Origin: Eledone cirrhosa | Taxonomy: Eukaryota | Length of the DNA: 64,000 nucleotides | Direction of reading: 5' to 3' | Assembly (NCBI GenBank): GCA_964016885.1 | Contig: OZ024742.1 | Span: forward strand, 45,880,001 to 45,944,000 | In this document: positions 30,937 to 44,300 of the stretch, piece after piece | Position numbering within the stretch: the first letter of the stretch is position 1 | Layout of the letters: each line of letters begins with the position of its first letter | Notes under the pieces: model-generated | Seen by the model: the letters and a program-made list of their open reading frames with translations, nothing else | Told to the model about the DNA's origin: nothing | Database searches by the model: none | Position numbers and translations under genes: made by a program

Positions 30937-32165
30937 TTTTGGCCAAGGTGCTAGCAAAGAGGTTGGCGCTTGTCGTGGGCAACCTGGTGGGAGATGTGCA
31001 AACATGTGCTATCCTGTCCATCCGCGACAACCTCCACCTCATGCGATACATCATAGAGAGGGTTGGGAACGAACCCGGCTTTGGTGGGGCCCTGTTTGTG
31101 AGGCGAGCCTTTCCCAGACTCGTCTCACTCACCGAGCTGCAATCCTGGGTCAAGCAAAGACCGAGAAAACTGGGCGCCTGGCACACCGAGTGTGCCCAGG
31201 CGCTCACGGCTCTCTGGCAGGCGGACCCCCGGCTGTCAGTGGAGAATCCACCTCGTCATTCTATATAGGGCTGGTGGTTAGCAGGTGCGACGACGCCCTC
31301 GGAGAAGCCCTAGGCATGGAGGAAGACGAACTGGCAAACCTGTTCGGTAGGACATTCAGCCCGGGACCCATGGATAACTTCCAGAGGTCCCTGGCCTAGC
31401 AATGCTACAGAAGGGCTCTGCCCGTTCGAGAAAGGCTCTACAGACACGGGCGCCCGGGTAGGGACCCATCGAAAAAGATCTGTCCCAGATGCGTGTGCGA
31501 TGAGGAAACCGTTGCACACGCATTGGTACACTGCTCGGGCATTGCCAATCTGTGGGGCTATGTCGAACAACTGCTGTCAAGGGTGGGACCGATCCGGTTG
31601 ACCACCGAGTCTATTGTAACGATCAAGCCGCCTCCCCTCTTCAAAAACGAAGGAGAGGCGGTGTTTCTGTGCGTAATAGCCATGGCGAAAGAGGTTGTGT
31701 GGTGGACGCGTCTGAAAGGACTAAGGTCAGACACCTTTCTCTCTGGCCAACAACTGGTCCGTTTCTTCCGATATCATTTCGGAAGAAGGATCAGGATTGG
31801 AGAGAGAGGTGCTGCACCCCAGCCGTTTTTATGAAAGATGGGTGAAAATGGCGAGAATGGCCCGTGTGAATGGGCCTTCACTCTACATCAGACTATAGGT
31901 GAGGAAGATGAAAGACCAAGGGAGCACCCCTTCTCTGTGCTCCTGAGGAAAAGGGTTGCACACTTTTTTTCGGGGGTGTGTGCGACCCCTCAAGGCGCCT
32001 CCTCCCTATTGAGGTCTTTGTTAAAAATTTTATTTTTTGTTATATTTTATTTTATTTTTATATATTTTTATTGCCTCCTCCTTATTGAGGACGCCTTGTT
32101 TTGTAAACTCCCCCCATTGTACTTGTCCCACTTTTGATGCCCTGGTGGCAAATAAAAGAAACATA
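30937..32165 (+). mobile_element. Second Tx1-clade family, 5'-truncated with a large internal deletion
   Basis: ILAKVLAKRLALVV...DNLHLMRY aligns to 11044-11208, then jumps at about 31093 to sequence aligning with about 12093 onward. CCHC motif and 3' UTR ending aaataaaagaaac. Confidence 0.88.
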
Positions 32166-32377
32166 TCTGTTTACAAAGGATTGGATGAGATCCTTTTCTG
32201 GCAGATTTTCTATGTCTGAATGCTCTAGCTGAATCCAACCCATTCTTTATTTTGAACAAGGTACCTGTTGATGGTACCTGCCCAACTGCTATACTGCAGG
32301 ACATATTGTTTATGGAAAATATAAACAATAGTCACCTCAGGCTTTTTAAAAGTGATGTCAATGTGATGACCTCTGTA

Positions 32378-32580
32378 AGGGTGGTGGATTAGTAGAATTG
32401 ATACAGTGTTGAATAAAATGTTCTGGCTTTTTACATTCTGGGTTCAAATTCCACTAAGGTCAACTTTGTTTTTCATCCTTCCAGGGTCGATACAATAAAG
32501 AACCAATCAAGTACTGGGTTGAGTTAATCAATTAGGCCCTTCCCCAAATTTGCTGACCTTATGCCTAAATTAGAAATCCA
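32378..32580 (+). mobile_element. tRNA-derived SINE
   Basis: Homologous to 3116-3345 (ggttcaaattcc...tttcatccttccagggtcga...atgcctaaattagaaa). Confidence 0.7.
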
Positions 32581-32847
32581 TGTGATTACTTATGTATGAG
32601 TCAAAGGTTGAACCCAAAATATTATGTATTTAAAGTGGGTGTGACTTACACCTGAGTATTCTACCTGAGATTGTAGTTAGGTGTGGAACTTGTTGTAATC
32701 TGGTTTATGAGTCTAAAACTGATATGAGTGAAGGGAATGTAAGAATGTTAAGTTAAAAGATTGTATTGAATGTGAATGATTTGATATGTTGCCGTGAAGA
32801 CTTGGTAGGTGTTTGAAGTTAATTTAGGTTAATTGGGTTATACTCCC

Positions 32848-33270
32848 AAAACACATGGTAACAAAAGGGTTAAATATATAGGCACTATATCTCTTTAGAA
32901 ACATGGTAATAAAACGGTTAAAGACATAGGTAGTATCTTTCATTAGAAATATGGTAATAAAAGCGTTAAAGACATAGGTAGTGTCTTTCATTAGAAATAT
33001 GGTAATAAAACGGTTAAAGACATAGGTAGTAAATAAAAGGGTTAAAGACATAGGTAGTATCTTTCATTAGAAATATGGTAATAAAAGGGTTAAAGACATA
33101 GGTAGTATCTTTCATTAGAAATATGGTAATAAAACGGTTAAAGACATAGGTAGTAAATAAAAGGGTTAAAGACATAGGTAGTATCTTTCATTAGAAATAT
33201 GGTAATAAAAGGGTTAAAGACATAGGTAGGATCTTTCATTAAAAATATGGTAATAAAAGGGTTAAAGACA
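32848..33270. repeat. 48-bp satellite, left degenerate segment
   Basis: About 9 diverged or shortened monomers of the main array. Confidence 0.9.
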
Positions 33271-33326
33271 TATTTCTAAAGAGAGACACTACCTATGTCT
33301 TTAACCCTTTTATTACCATATTTCTA
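33271..33326. repeat. Inverted satellite monomer at the RTE junction
   Basis: tatttctaaagagagacactacctatgtctttaacccttttattaccatatttcta is the reverse complement of the array unit. Confidence 0.9.
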
Positions 33327-33330
33327 TTAC

Positions 33331-35356
33331 CATCATCAATGTTTAACGTCCGTGTTCCACGCTTGCATGGGTTTGGACGGGGGTTTTCCCACTTGAGGCA
33401 AGAGTGATTGTCTTGCTCGCATAGGACTGTCTGGCAGGTTTTCTACAGTTGGATGCCCTTCCTAACGCCAACCACATTTACAGTGTGGGTCTGGGAGGTT
33501 TTTACCGTGTTGCCTACACGGCCACATTACAGTGTGGACTGTGTTTTTTTTTTGTCGTGACACCTACACGATCTCATTTGTTTTGGCCTGGATGGTGTGG
33601 CACCAACATAACTTTACATATCAGGGGGTGGTGTGGATGGGGTGGGGGTGGTGGGACGGGGGTGTATTTTGTTAGAGATGCCTACTGACTGTAGTAGGTT
33701 TTACTATGTATTTAGGTAAGGCGGGTCTTCTCTATTACTGAGTACCGCCAAAGGTCTCGGTCCAGTGACATTGTCTTGGAGAGGTGTAAGTGTGTGAGGT
33801 CGGAGTTTATCAGCTCGTCCCAGGTTTTTCTAGGTCTGCCTATTCCGTGGCTACCGTCTATCTTTATTGCCCTGCACTTTGTTATACAGCTATCGACTTT
33901 CATGCGCATCACGTGTCCATACCAACGTAGCCTTCTCTCGAGTAAACAACATCTGATCCCTCTTATTTCTAATTTTTTCCTTAGTTCGTCTATGCTTTGC
34001 CGTTCACGTATATTACTATTACACATCCAGCGGAGCATGCAAGCTTCGTTCCTCTCTAGTCTGCGTATATCCTCTGCAGACAATGCCCAGGTCTCACTGC
34101 CATGCAACATTGCTGTTCGTATGCAGGCATCATACAACCTGCCTTTCATTTTTAGGGAGAACCCTTTAGCGGCTAATAGTGGTATAAGCTCTCTGAACTT
34201 TTTCCATCCAGTTCTGACTCTAGCTACTGTACTTTCAGAGCACCCTCCCCCACTGCTGATTTTGTCACCCAGGTAACGGAAGCTGTCCACTATTTCTATA
34301 GAGCCCTCTGCGCAGTTGTAAGAGCTAGTATTTTGTGGGCACTTGCTGCTACTTATTGCACCAGAGCTAAAATCTACGTTCTTAGTTAGCTTACCTATGA
34401 CCCCACTACATCTTTTATGCACCCATACTTTGCATTTGGGACATAAAATGGAGTTTCTACCTACGCCTTTCCTACACACCGAGCATGGCCATTTCCCGGA
34501 AGGGACCGCCGCCTTATTTTCTTTCCTACAAACTAGAACTTTAGTCTTAGCCAGGTTAATTTTAAGGCCTTTTGATTCTAGGCCGTGCTTCCATGTTTGG
34601 AATTTCTTCTCTAGCTCGGCCATTGATTCAGCTATGAGTGTTAGGTCGTCTGCGTATAGGAGTTCCCATGGGCAGCCGGTCTTGAACTCCTCTGTTATAG
34701 CCTGAAGGGCAATAATAAATAGTAGGGGGCTGAGAAGAGAGCCCTGATGGACGCCAACTTTTACGCTAAACTCTTCACTATATTCGTTGTTAATTCTAAC
34801 CTTGCTGACTGTTTCTTTATACATGGCTTGTATAGCTCTCACAAGCCATTCGTCGACACCTAGTTTTCTAAGGGCCCACCAGATAATGGAACGGGGGACT
34901 CTGTCGAAGGCTTTCTCCAAGTCGACAAAAGCGAAGTAGAGGGGTTTACCTTTAGCTAGGTACTTCTCCTGTAGTTGTCGTACAATGAAAAGAGAGTATG
35001 TGGTACTTTTGCCTGACACAAACCCGAACTGCATTTCATCTAGGTCAATTCTCTCTCTGATTAGTTGCGCTATTACTTTTTCTGTGACCTTCATGACCTG
35101 GTCGATTAATTTAATGCCTCTATAGTTACTCCTATCTAGGGCATCTCCTTTACCCTTATAACAGTTAACGATGATGCTGCTATGCCAGTCCTTCGGAAAA
35201 ACCCCATTCTGTACGACTTGGTTAACTATCCGGGTGACCATGGTGTGTCCCACCGTGCCAGATGCCTTCAGCATCTCAGCAACTATTTCCGAAGGCCCAG
35301 CCGCCTTACCCGTCTTCATATCCTTGATTGCCTTACTTATTATACTACCCTCGACT
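33331..35356 (-). mobile_element. RTE LINE family B, 5'-truncated, inserted in the satellite
   Basis: ORF 33712-35385 has GKAAGP, NYRGIKL, FVDLEKAFD, HQGS, YADD and RLRWYGHV, followed by the 3' UTR and a short (GAT)n tail. The first 9 or so codons of the ORF come from the satellite. Confidence 0.93.
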
Positions 35357-38300
35357 AAATATGGTAATAAAAGGGTTAAAGACATAGGTAGTATCTTTCA
35401 TTAGAAATATGGTAACAAAAGGGTTAAAGATATAGGTAGTGTCTCTCTTTAGAAATATGGTAATAAAAGGGTTAAAGACATAGGTAGTGTCTCTCTTTAG
35501 AAATATGGTAATAAAAGGGTTAAAGACATAGGTAGTATCTTTCATTAGAAATATGGTAACAAAAGGGTTAAAGATATAGGTAATGTCTCTCTTTAGAAAT
35601 ATGGTAATAAAAGGGTTAAAGACATAAGTAGTGTCTCTCTTTAGAAATATGGTAATAAAAGGGTTAAAGACATAGGTAGTATCTTTCATTAGAAATATCG
35701 TAACAAAAGGGTTAAAGACATAGGTAGTGTCTTTCATTAGAAATATGGTAATAAAAGGGTTAAAGATATAGGTAGTGTCTTTCTTTAGAAATATGGTAAT
35801 AAAAGGGTTAAAGACATAGGTAGTGTCTTTCATTAGAAATATGGTAATAAAAGGGTTAAAGACATAGGTAGTGTCTTTCATTAGAAATATGGTAATAAAA
35901 GGGTTGAAGATATAGTGTCTTTCATTAGAAATATGGTAATAAAAGGGTTAAAGACCTAGGTAGTGTCTTTCATTTGAAATATGGTAATAAAAGGGTTAAA
36001 GACATAGGTAGTGTCTTTCATTAGAAATATGGTAATAAAAGGGTTGAAGATATAGTGTCTGTCATTAGAAATATGGTAATAAAAGGGTTAAAGACCTAGG
36101 TAGTATCTTTCATTAGAAATATGGTAATAAAAGGGTTAAAGATATAGGTAATGTCTTTCATTAGAAATATGGTAATAAATGGGTTAAATACATAGGTAAT
36201 GTCTTTCATTAGAAATATGGTAATAAAAGGGTTAAAGACATAGGTAGTATCTTTCATTAGAAATATGGTAATAAAAGGGTTAAAGATATAGGTAGTATCT
36301 CACTTTAGAAATATGGTAATAAAAGGGTTGAAGATATAGCTAGTGTCGTTCATTAGAAATATGGTAATAAAAGGGTTAAAGACATAGGCAGTATCTCTCT
36401 TTAGAAATATGGTAATAAAAGCGTTAAAGACATAGATAGTGTCTTTCATTAGAAATATGGTAATAAAAGGGTTAAATACATAGGTAGTGTCCTTTATTAG
36501 AAATATGGTAATAAAAGGGTTAAAGATATAGGTAATGTCTTTCTTTAGAAATATGGTAATAAAAGGGTTAAAGACATAGGTAGTATCTTTCATTAGAAAT
36601 ATGGTAATAAAAGGGTTAAAGACATAGGTAGTATCTTTCATTAGAAATATGGTAATAAAAGGTTTAAAGATATAGGTAGTGTCTCTCTTTAGAAATATGG
36701 TAATAAAAGGGTAAAAGACATAGGTAGTGTCCTTTATTAGAAATATGGTAATAAAAGGGTTAAAGACATAGGTAGTGTCTCTCTTTAGAAATATGGTAAT
36801 AAAAGGGTAAAAGACATAGGTAGTATCTTTCATTAGAAATATGGTAACAAAAGGGTTAAAGATATAGGTAGTGCCTCTCTTTAGAAATATGGTAATAAAA
36901 GGGTTAAAGACATAGGTAGTGTCTTTCATTAGAAATATGGTAATAAAAGGGTTAAAGACATAGGTAGTGTCTTTCATTAGAAATATGGTAATAAAAGGGT
37001 TGAAGATATAGTGTCTTTCATTAGAAATATGGTAATAAAAGGGTTAAAGATATAGGTAGTGTCTTTCTTTAGAAATATGTTAATAAAAGGGTTAAATACA
37101 TAGGTAGTATCTCACTTTAGAAATATGGTAATAAAAGGGTTAAAGACATAGGTAGTGTCCTTTATTAGAAATATGGTAATAAAAGGGTTAAAGATATAGG
37201 TAATGTCTTTCATTAGAAATATGGTAATAAAAGGGTTAAAGACCTAGGTAGTGTCTTTCATTAGAAATATGGTAATAAAAGGGTTAAAGACATAGGTAGT
37301 GTCTTTCATTAGAAATATGGTAATAAAAGGGTTAAATACATAGGTAGTGTCCTTTATTAGAAATATGGTAATAAAAGGGTTAAAGATATAGGTAATGTCT
37401 TTCATTAGAAATATGGTAATAAAAGGGTTAAATACATAGGTAGTGTCTTTCATTAGAAATATGGTAATAAAAGGGTTAAAGACATAGGTAGTGTCTTTCA
37501 TTAGAAATAAGGTAATAAAAGGGTTGAAGATATAGTGTCTTTCATTAGAAATATGGTAATAAAAGGGTTAAAGATATAGGTAGTGTCTTTCTTTAGAAAT
37601 ATGTTAATAAAAGGGTTAAAGACATAGGTAGTATCTCACTTTAGAAATATGATAATAAAAGGGTTGAAGATATAGCTACTGTCTTTCATTAGAAATATGG
37701 TAATAAAAGGGTTAAAGACCTAGGTAGTGTCTTTCATTAGAAATATGGTAATAAAAGGGTTAAAGATATAGGTAATGTCTTTCATTAGAAATATGGTAAT
37801 AAATGGTTTAAATACATAGGTAATGTCTTTCATTAGAAATATGGTAATAAAAGGGTTAAAGACATAGGCAGTATCTCTCTTTAGAAATATGGTAATAAAA
37901 GCGTTAAAGACATAGGTAGTGTCTTTCATTAGAAATATGGTAATAAAAGGGTTAAATACATAGGTAGTGTCTCTCTTTAGAAATATGGTAATAAAAGGGT
38001 TAAAGACATAGGTAGTGTCCTTTATTAGAAATATGGTAATAAAAGGGTTAAAGATATAGGTAATGTCTTTCATTAGAAATATGGTAATAAAAGGGTTAAA
38101 TACATAGGTAGTGTCTTTCATTAGAAATATGGTAATAAAAGGGTTAAAGACATAGGTAGTATCTTTCATTAGAAATATGGTAATAAAAGGGTTAAATACA
38201 TAGGTAGTGTCTTTCATTAGAAATATGGTAATAAAAGGGTTAAAGACATAGGTAGTGTCTTTCATTAGAAATAAGGTAATAAAAGGGTTGAAGATATAGT

Positions 38301-41300
38301 GTCTTTCATTAGAAATATGGTAATAAAAGGGTTAAAGATATAGGTAGTGTCTTTCTTTAGAAATATGTTAATAAAAGGGTTAAAGACATAGGTAGTATCT
38401 CACTTTAGAAATATGATAATAAAAGGGTTGAAGATATAGCTACTGTCTTTCATTAGAAATATGGTAATAAAAGGGTTAAAGACCTAGGTAGTGTCCTTTA
38501 TTAGAAATATGGTAATAAAAGGGTTAAAGACATAGGTAGTGTCTCTCTTTAGAAATATGGTAATAAAAGGGTAAAAGACATAGGTAGTATCTTTCATTAG
38601 AAATATGGTAACAAAAGGGTTAAAGATATAGGTAGTGCCTCTCTTTAGAAATATGGTAATAAAAGGGTTAAAGACATAGGTAGTGTCTTTCATTAGAAAT
38701 ATGGTAATAAAAGGGTTAAAGACATAGGTAGTATCTTTCATTAGAAATATGGTAATAAAAGGGTTAAAGATATAGGTAGTGTCTCTCTTTAGAAATATGG
38801 TAATAAAAGGGTTAAAGATATAGGTAGTGTCTCTCTTTAGAAATATGGTAATAAAAGGGTAAAAGACATAGGTAGTATCTTTCATTAGAAATATGGTAAT
38901 AAAAGGGTTAAATACATAGGTAGTGTCCTTTATTAGAAATATGGTAATAAAAGCGTTAAAGACATAGGTAGTGTCTTTCATTAGAAATATGGTAATAAAA
39001 GGCTTAAATACATAGGTAGTGTCCTTTATTAGAAATATGGTAATAAAAGGGTTAAAGACATAGGTAGTGTCTTTCATTAGAAATATGGTAATAAAAGGGT
39101 TAAAGACATAGGTAGTATCTTTCATTAGAAATATGGTAACAAAAGGGGTAAAGATATAGGTAGTGTCTCTCTTTAGAAAGATGGTAATAAAAGGGTTAAA
39201 GATATAGGTAGTGTCTCTCTTTAGAAATATAGTAATAAAAGGGTTAACGACATAGGTAGTGTCTTTCATTAGAAAGATGGTAATAAAAGGGTTAAAGACA
39301 TAGGTAGTATCTTTCATTAGAAATATGGTAACAAAAGGGTTAAAGATATAGGTAGTGTCTTTCATTAGAAATATGGTAATAAAAGGGTTAAATACATAGG
39401 TAGTGTCTTTCATTAGAAATATGGTAATAAAAGGGTTAAAGACATAGGTAGTATCTTTCATTAGAAATATGGTAATAAAAGGGTTAAATACATAGGTAGT
39501 GTCTTTCATTAGAAATATGGTAATAAAAGGGTTAAAGACATAGGTAGTGTCTTTCATTAGAAATAAGGTAATAAAAGGGTTGAAGATATAGTGTCTTTCA
39601 TTAGAAATATGGTAATAAAAGGGTTAAAGATATAGGTAGTGTCTTTCTTTAGAAATATGTTAATAAAAGGGTTAAAGACATAGGTAGTATCTCACTTTAG
39701 AAATATGATAATAAAAGGGTTGAAGATATAGCTACTGTCTTTCATTAGAAATATGGTAATAAAAGGGTTAAAGACCTAGGTAGTGTCTCTCATTAGAAAT
39801 ATGGTAATAAAAGGGTTAAAGATATAGGTAGTGCCTCTCTTTAGAAATATGGTAATAAAAGGGTTAAAGACATAGGTAGTGTCTTTCATTAGAAATATGG
39901 TAATAAAAGGGTTAAAGACATAGGTAGTGTCTTTCATTAGAAATATGGTAATAAAAGGGTTGAAGATATAGTGTCTTTCATTAGAAATATGGTAATAAAA
40001 GGGTTAAAGATATAGGTAGTGTCTTTCTTTAGAAATATGTTAATAAAAGGGTTAAATACATAGGTAGTATCTCACTTTAGAAATATGGTAATAAAAGGGT
40101 TAAAGACATAGGTAGTGTCCTTTATTAGAAATATGGTAATAAAAGGGTTAAAGATATAGGTAATGTCTTTCATTAGAAATATGGTAATAAAAGGGTTAAA
40201 GACCTAGGTAGTGTCTTTCATTAGAAATATGGTAATAAAAGGGTTAAAGACATAGGTAGTGTCTTTCATTAGAAATATGGTAATAAAAGGGTTAAATACA
40301 TAGGTAGTGTCCTTTATTAGAAATATGGTAATAAAAGGGTTAAAGATATAGGTAATGTCTTTCATTAGAAATATGGTAATAAAAGGGTTAAATACATAGG
40401 TAGTGTCTTTCATTAGAAATATGGTAATAAAAGGGTTAAAGACATAGGTAGTATCTTTCATTAGAAATATGGTAATAAAAGGGTTAAATACATAGGTAGT
40501 GTCTTTCATTAGAAATATGGTAATAAAAGGGTTAAAGACATAGGTAGTGTCTTTCATTAGAAATAAGGTAATAAAAGGGTTGAAGATATAGTGTCTTTCA
40601 TTAGAAATATGGTAATAAAAGGGTTAAAGATATAGGTAGTGTCTTTCTTTAGAAATATGTTAATAAAAGGGTTAAAGACATAGGTAGTATCTCACTTTAG
40701 AAATATGATAATAAAAGGGTTGAAGATATAGCTACTGTCTTTCATTAGAAATATGGTAATAAAAGGGTTAAAGACCTAGGTAGTGTCTTTCATTAGAAAT
40801 ATGGTAATAAAAGGGTTAAAGATATAGGTAATGTCTTTCATTAGAAATATGGTAATAAATGGTTTAAATACATAGGTAATGTCTTTCATTAGAAATATGG
40901 TAATAAAAGGGTTAAAGACATAGGCAGTATCTCTCTTTAGAAATATGGTAATAAAAGCGTTAAAGACATAGGTAGTGTCTTTCATTAGAAATATGGTAAT
41001 AAAAGGGTTAAATACATAGGTAGTGTCTCTCTTTAGAAATATGGTAATAAAAGGGTTAAAGACATAGGTAGTGTCCTTTATTAGAAATATGGTAATAAAA
41101 GGGTTAAAGATATAGGTAATGTCTTTCATTAGAAATATGGTAATAAAAGGGTTAAATACATAGGTAGTGTCTTTCATTAGAAATATGGTAATAAAAGGGT
41201 TAAAGACATAGGTAGTATCTTTCATTAGAAATATGGTAATAAAAGGGTTAAATACATAGGTAGTGTCTTTCATTAGAAATATGGTAATAAAAGGGTTAAA

Positions 41301-44300
41301 GACATAGGTAGTGTCTTTCATTAGAAATAAGGTAATAAAAGGGTTGAAGATATAGTGTCTTTCATTAGAAATATGGTAATAAAAGGGTTAAAGACATAGG
41401 TAGTATCTCACTTTAGAAATATGATAATAAAAGGGTTGAAGATATAGCTACTGTCTTTCATTAGAAATATGGTAATAAAAGGGTTAAAGACCTAGGTAGT
41501 GTCCTTTATTAGAAATATGGTAGTAAAAGGGTTAAAGACATAGGTAGTGTCTCTCTTTAGAAATATGGTAATAAAAGGGTAAAAGACATAGGTAGTATCT
41601 TTCATTAGAAATATGGTAACAAAAGGGTTAAAGATATAGGTAGTGCCTCTCTTTAGAAATATGGTAATAAAAGGGTTAAAGACATAGGTAGTGTCTTTCA
41701 TTAGAAATATGGTAATAAAAGGGTTAAAGATATAGGTAGTGTCTCTCTTTAGAAATATGGTAATAAAAGGGTTAAAGATATAGGTAGTGTCTCTCTTTAG
41801 AAATATGGTAATAAAAGGGTAAAAGACATAGGTAGTATCTTTCATTAGAAATATGGTAATAAAAGGGTTAAATACATAGGTAGTGTCCTTTATTAGAAAT
41901 ATGGTAATAAAAGCGTTAAAGACATAGGTAGTGTCTTTCATTAGAAATATGGTAATAAAAGGCTTAAATACATAGGTAGTGTCCTTTATTAGAAATATGG
42001 TAATAAAAGGGTTAAAGACATAGGTAGTGTCTTTCATTAGAAATATGGTAATAAAAGGGTTAAAGACATAGGTAGTATCTTTCATTAGAAATATGGTAAC
42101 AAAAGGGGTAAAGATATAGGTAGTGTCTCTCTTTAGAAAGATGGTAATAAAAGGGTTAAAGATATAGGTAGTGTCTCTCTTTAGAAATATAGTAATAAAA
42201 GGGTTAACGACATAGGTAGTGTCTTTCATTAGAAAGATGGTAATAAAAGGGTTAAAGATATAGGTAGTGTCTTTCATTAGAAATATGGTAATAAAAGGGT
42301 TAAATACATAGGTAGTGTCTTTCATTAGAAATATGGTAATAAAAGGGTTAAAGACATAGGTAGTATCTTTCATTAGAAATATGGTAATAAAAGGGTTAAA
42401 TACATAGGTAGTGTCTTTCATTAGAAATATGGTAATAAAAGGGTTAAAGACATAGGTAGTGTCTTTCATTAGAAATAAGGTAATAAAAGGGTTGAAGATA
42501 TAGTGTCTTTCATTAGAAATATGGTAATAAAAGGGTTAAAGATATAGGTAGTGTCTTTCTTTAGAAATATGTTAATAAAAGGGTTAAAGACATAGGTAGT
42601 ATCTCACTTTAGAAATATGATAATAAAAGGGTTGAAGATATAGCTACTGTCTTTCATTAGAAATATGGTAATAAAAGGGTTAAAGACCTAGGTAGTGTCT
42701 CTCATTAGAAATATGGTAATAAAAGGGTTAAAGATATAGGTAATGTCTTTCATTAGAAATATGGTAATAAATGGTTTAAATACATAGGTAAAGTCTTTCA
42801 TTAGAAATATGGTAATAAAAGGGTTAAAGACATAGGTAGTATCTTTCATTAGAAATATGGTAATAAAAGGGTTAAAGACATAGGTAGTATCTTTCATTAG
42901 AAATATGGTAATAAAAGGGTTAAAGATATAGGTAGTATCTCACTTTAGAAATATGGTAATAAAAGGGTTGAAGATATAGCTAGTGTCTTTCATTAGAATT
43001 ATGGTAATAAAAGGGTTAAAGACATAGGTAGTGTCTCACTTTAGAAATATGGTAATAAAAGGGTTAAAGACATAGGTAGTATCTCACTTTGGAAATATGG
43101 TAATAAAAGGGTTAAAGACATAGGCAGTATCTCTCTTTAGAAATATGGTAATAAAAGCGTTAAAGACATAGGTAGTGTCTTTCATTAGAAATATGGTAAT
43201 AAAAGGGTTAAAGACATAGGCAGTATCTCTCTTTAGAAATATGGTAATAAAAGGGTTAAAGACATAGGTAGTATCTCACTTTGGAAATATGGTAATAAAA
43301 GGGTTAAAGATATAGGTAGTGTCTTTCATTAGAAATATGGTAATAAAAGAGTTAAAGACATAGGCAGTATCTCTCTTTAGAAATATGGTAATAAAAGCGT
43401 TAAAGACATAGGTAGTGTCTTTCATTAGAAATATGGTAATAAAAGGGTTAAATACATAGGTAGTGTCTTTCATTAGAAATATGGTAATAAAAGGGTTAAA
43501 GACATAGGTAGTGTCTTTCATTAGAAATAAGGTAATAAAAGGGTTGAAGATATAGTGTCTTTCATTAGAAATATGGTAATAAAAGGGTTAAAGATATAGG
43601 TAGTGTCTTTCTTTAGAAATATGTTAATAAAAGGGTTAAAGACATAGGTAGTATCTCACTTTAGAAATATGATAATAAAAGGGTTGAAGATATAGCTACT
43701 GTCTTTCATTAGAAATATGGTAATAAAAGGGTTAAAGACCTAGGTAGTGTCTCTCATTAGAAATATGGTAATAAAAGGGTTAAAGATATAGGTAGTGCCT
43801 CTCTTTAGAAATATGGTAATAAAAGGGTTAAAGACATAGGTAGTGTCTTTCATTAGAAATATGGTAATAAAAGGGTTAAAGACATAGGTAGTGTCTTTCA
43901 TTAGAAATATGGTAATAAAAGGGTTGAAGATATAGTGTCTTTCATTAGAAATATGGTAATAAAAGGGTTAAAGATATAGGTAGTGTCTTTCTTTAGAAAT
44001 ATGTTAATAAAAGGGTTAAATACATAGGTAGTATCTCACTTTAGAAATATGGTAATAAAAGGGTTAAAGACATAGGTAGTGTCCTTTATTAGAAATATGG
44101 TAATAAAAGGGTTAAAGATATAGGTAATGTCTTTCATTAGAAATATGGTAATAAAAGGGTTAAAGACCTAGGTAGTGTCTTTCATTAGAAATATGGTAAT
44201 AAAAGGGTTAAAGACATAGGTAGTGTCTTTCATTAGAAATATGGTAATAAAAGGGTTAAATACATAGGTAGTGTCCTTTATTAGAAATATGGTAATAAAA

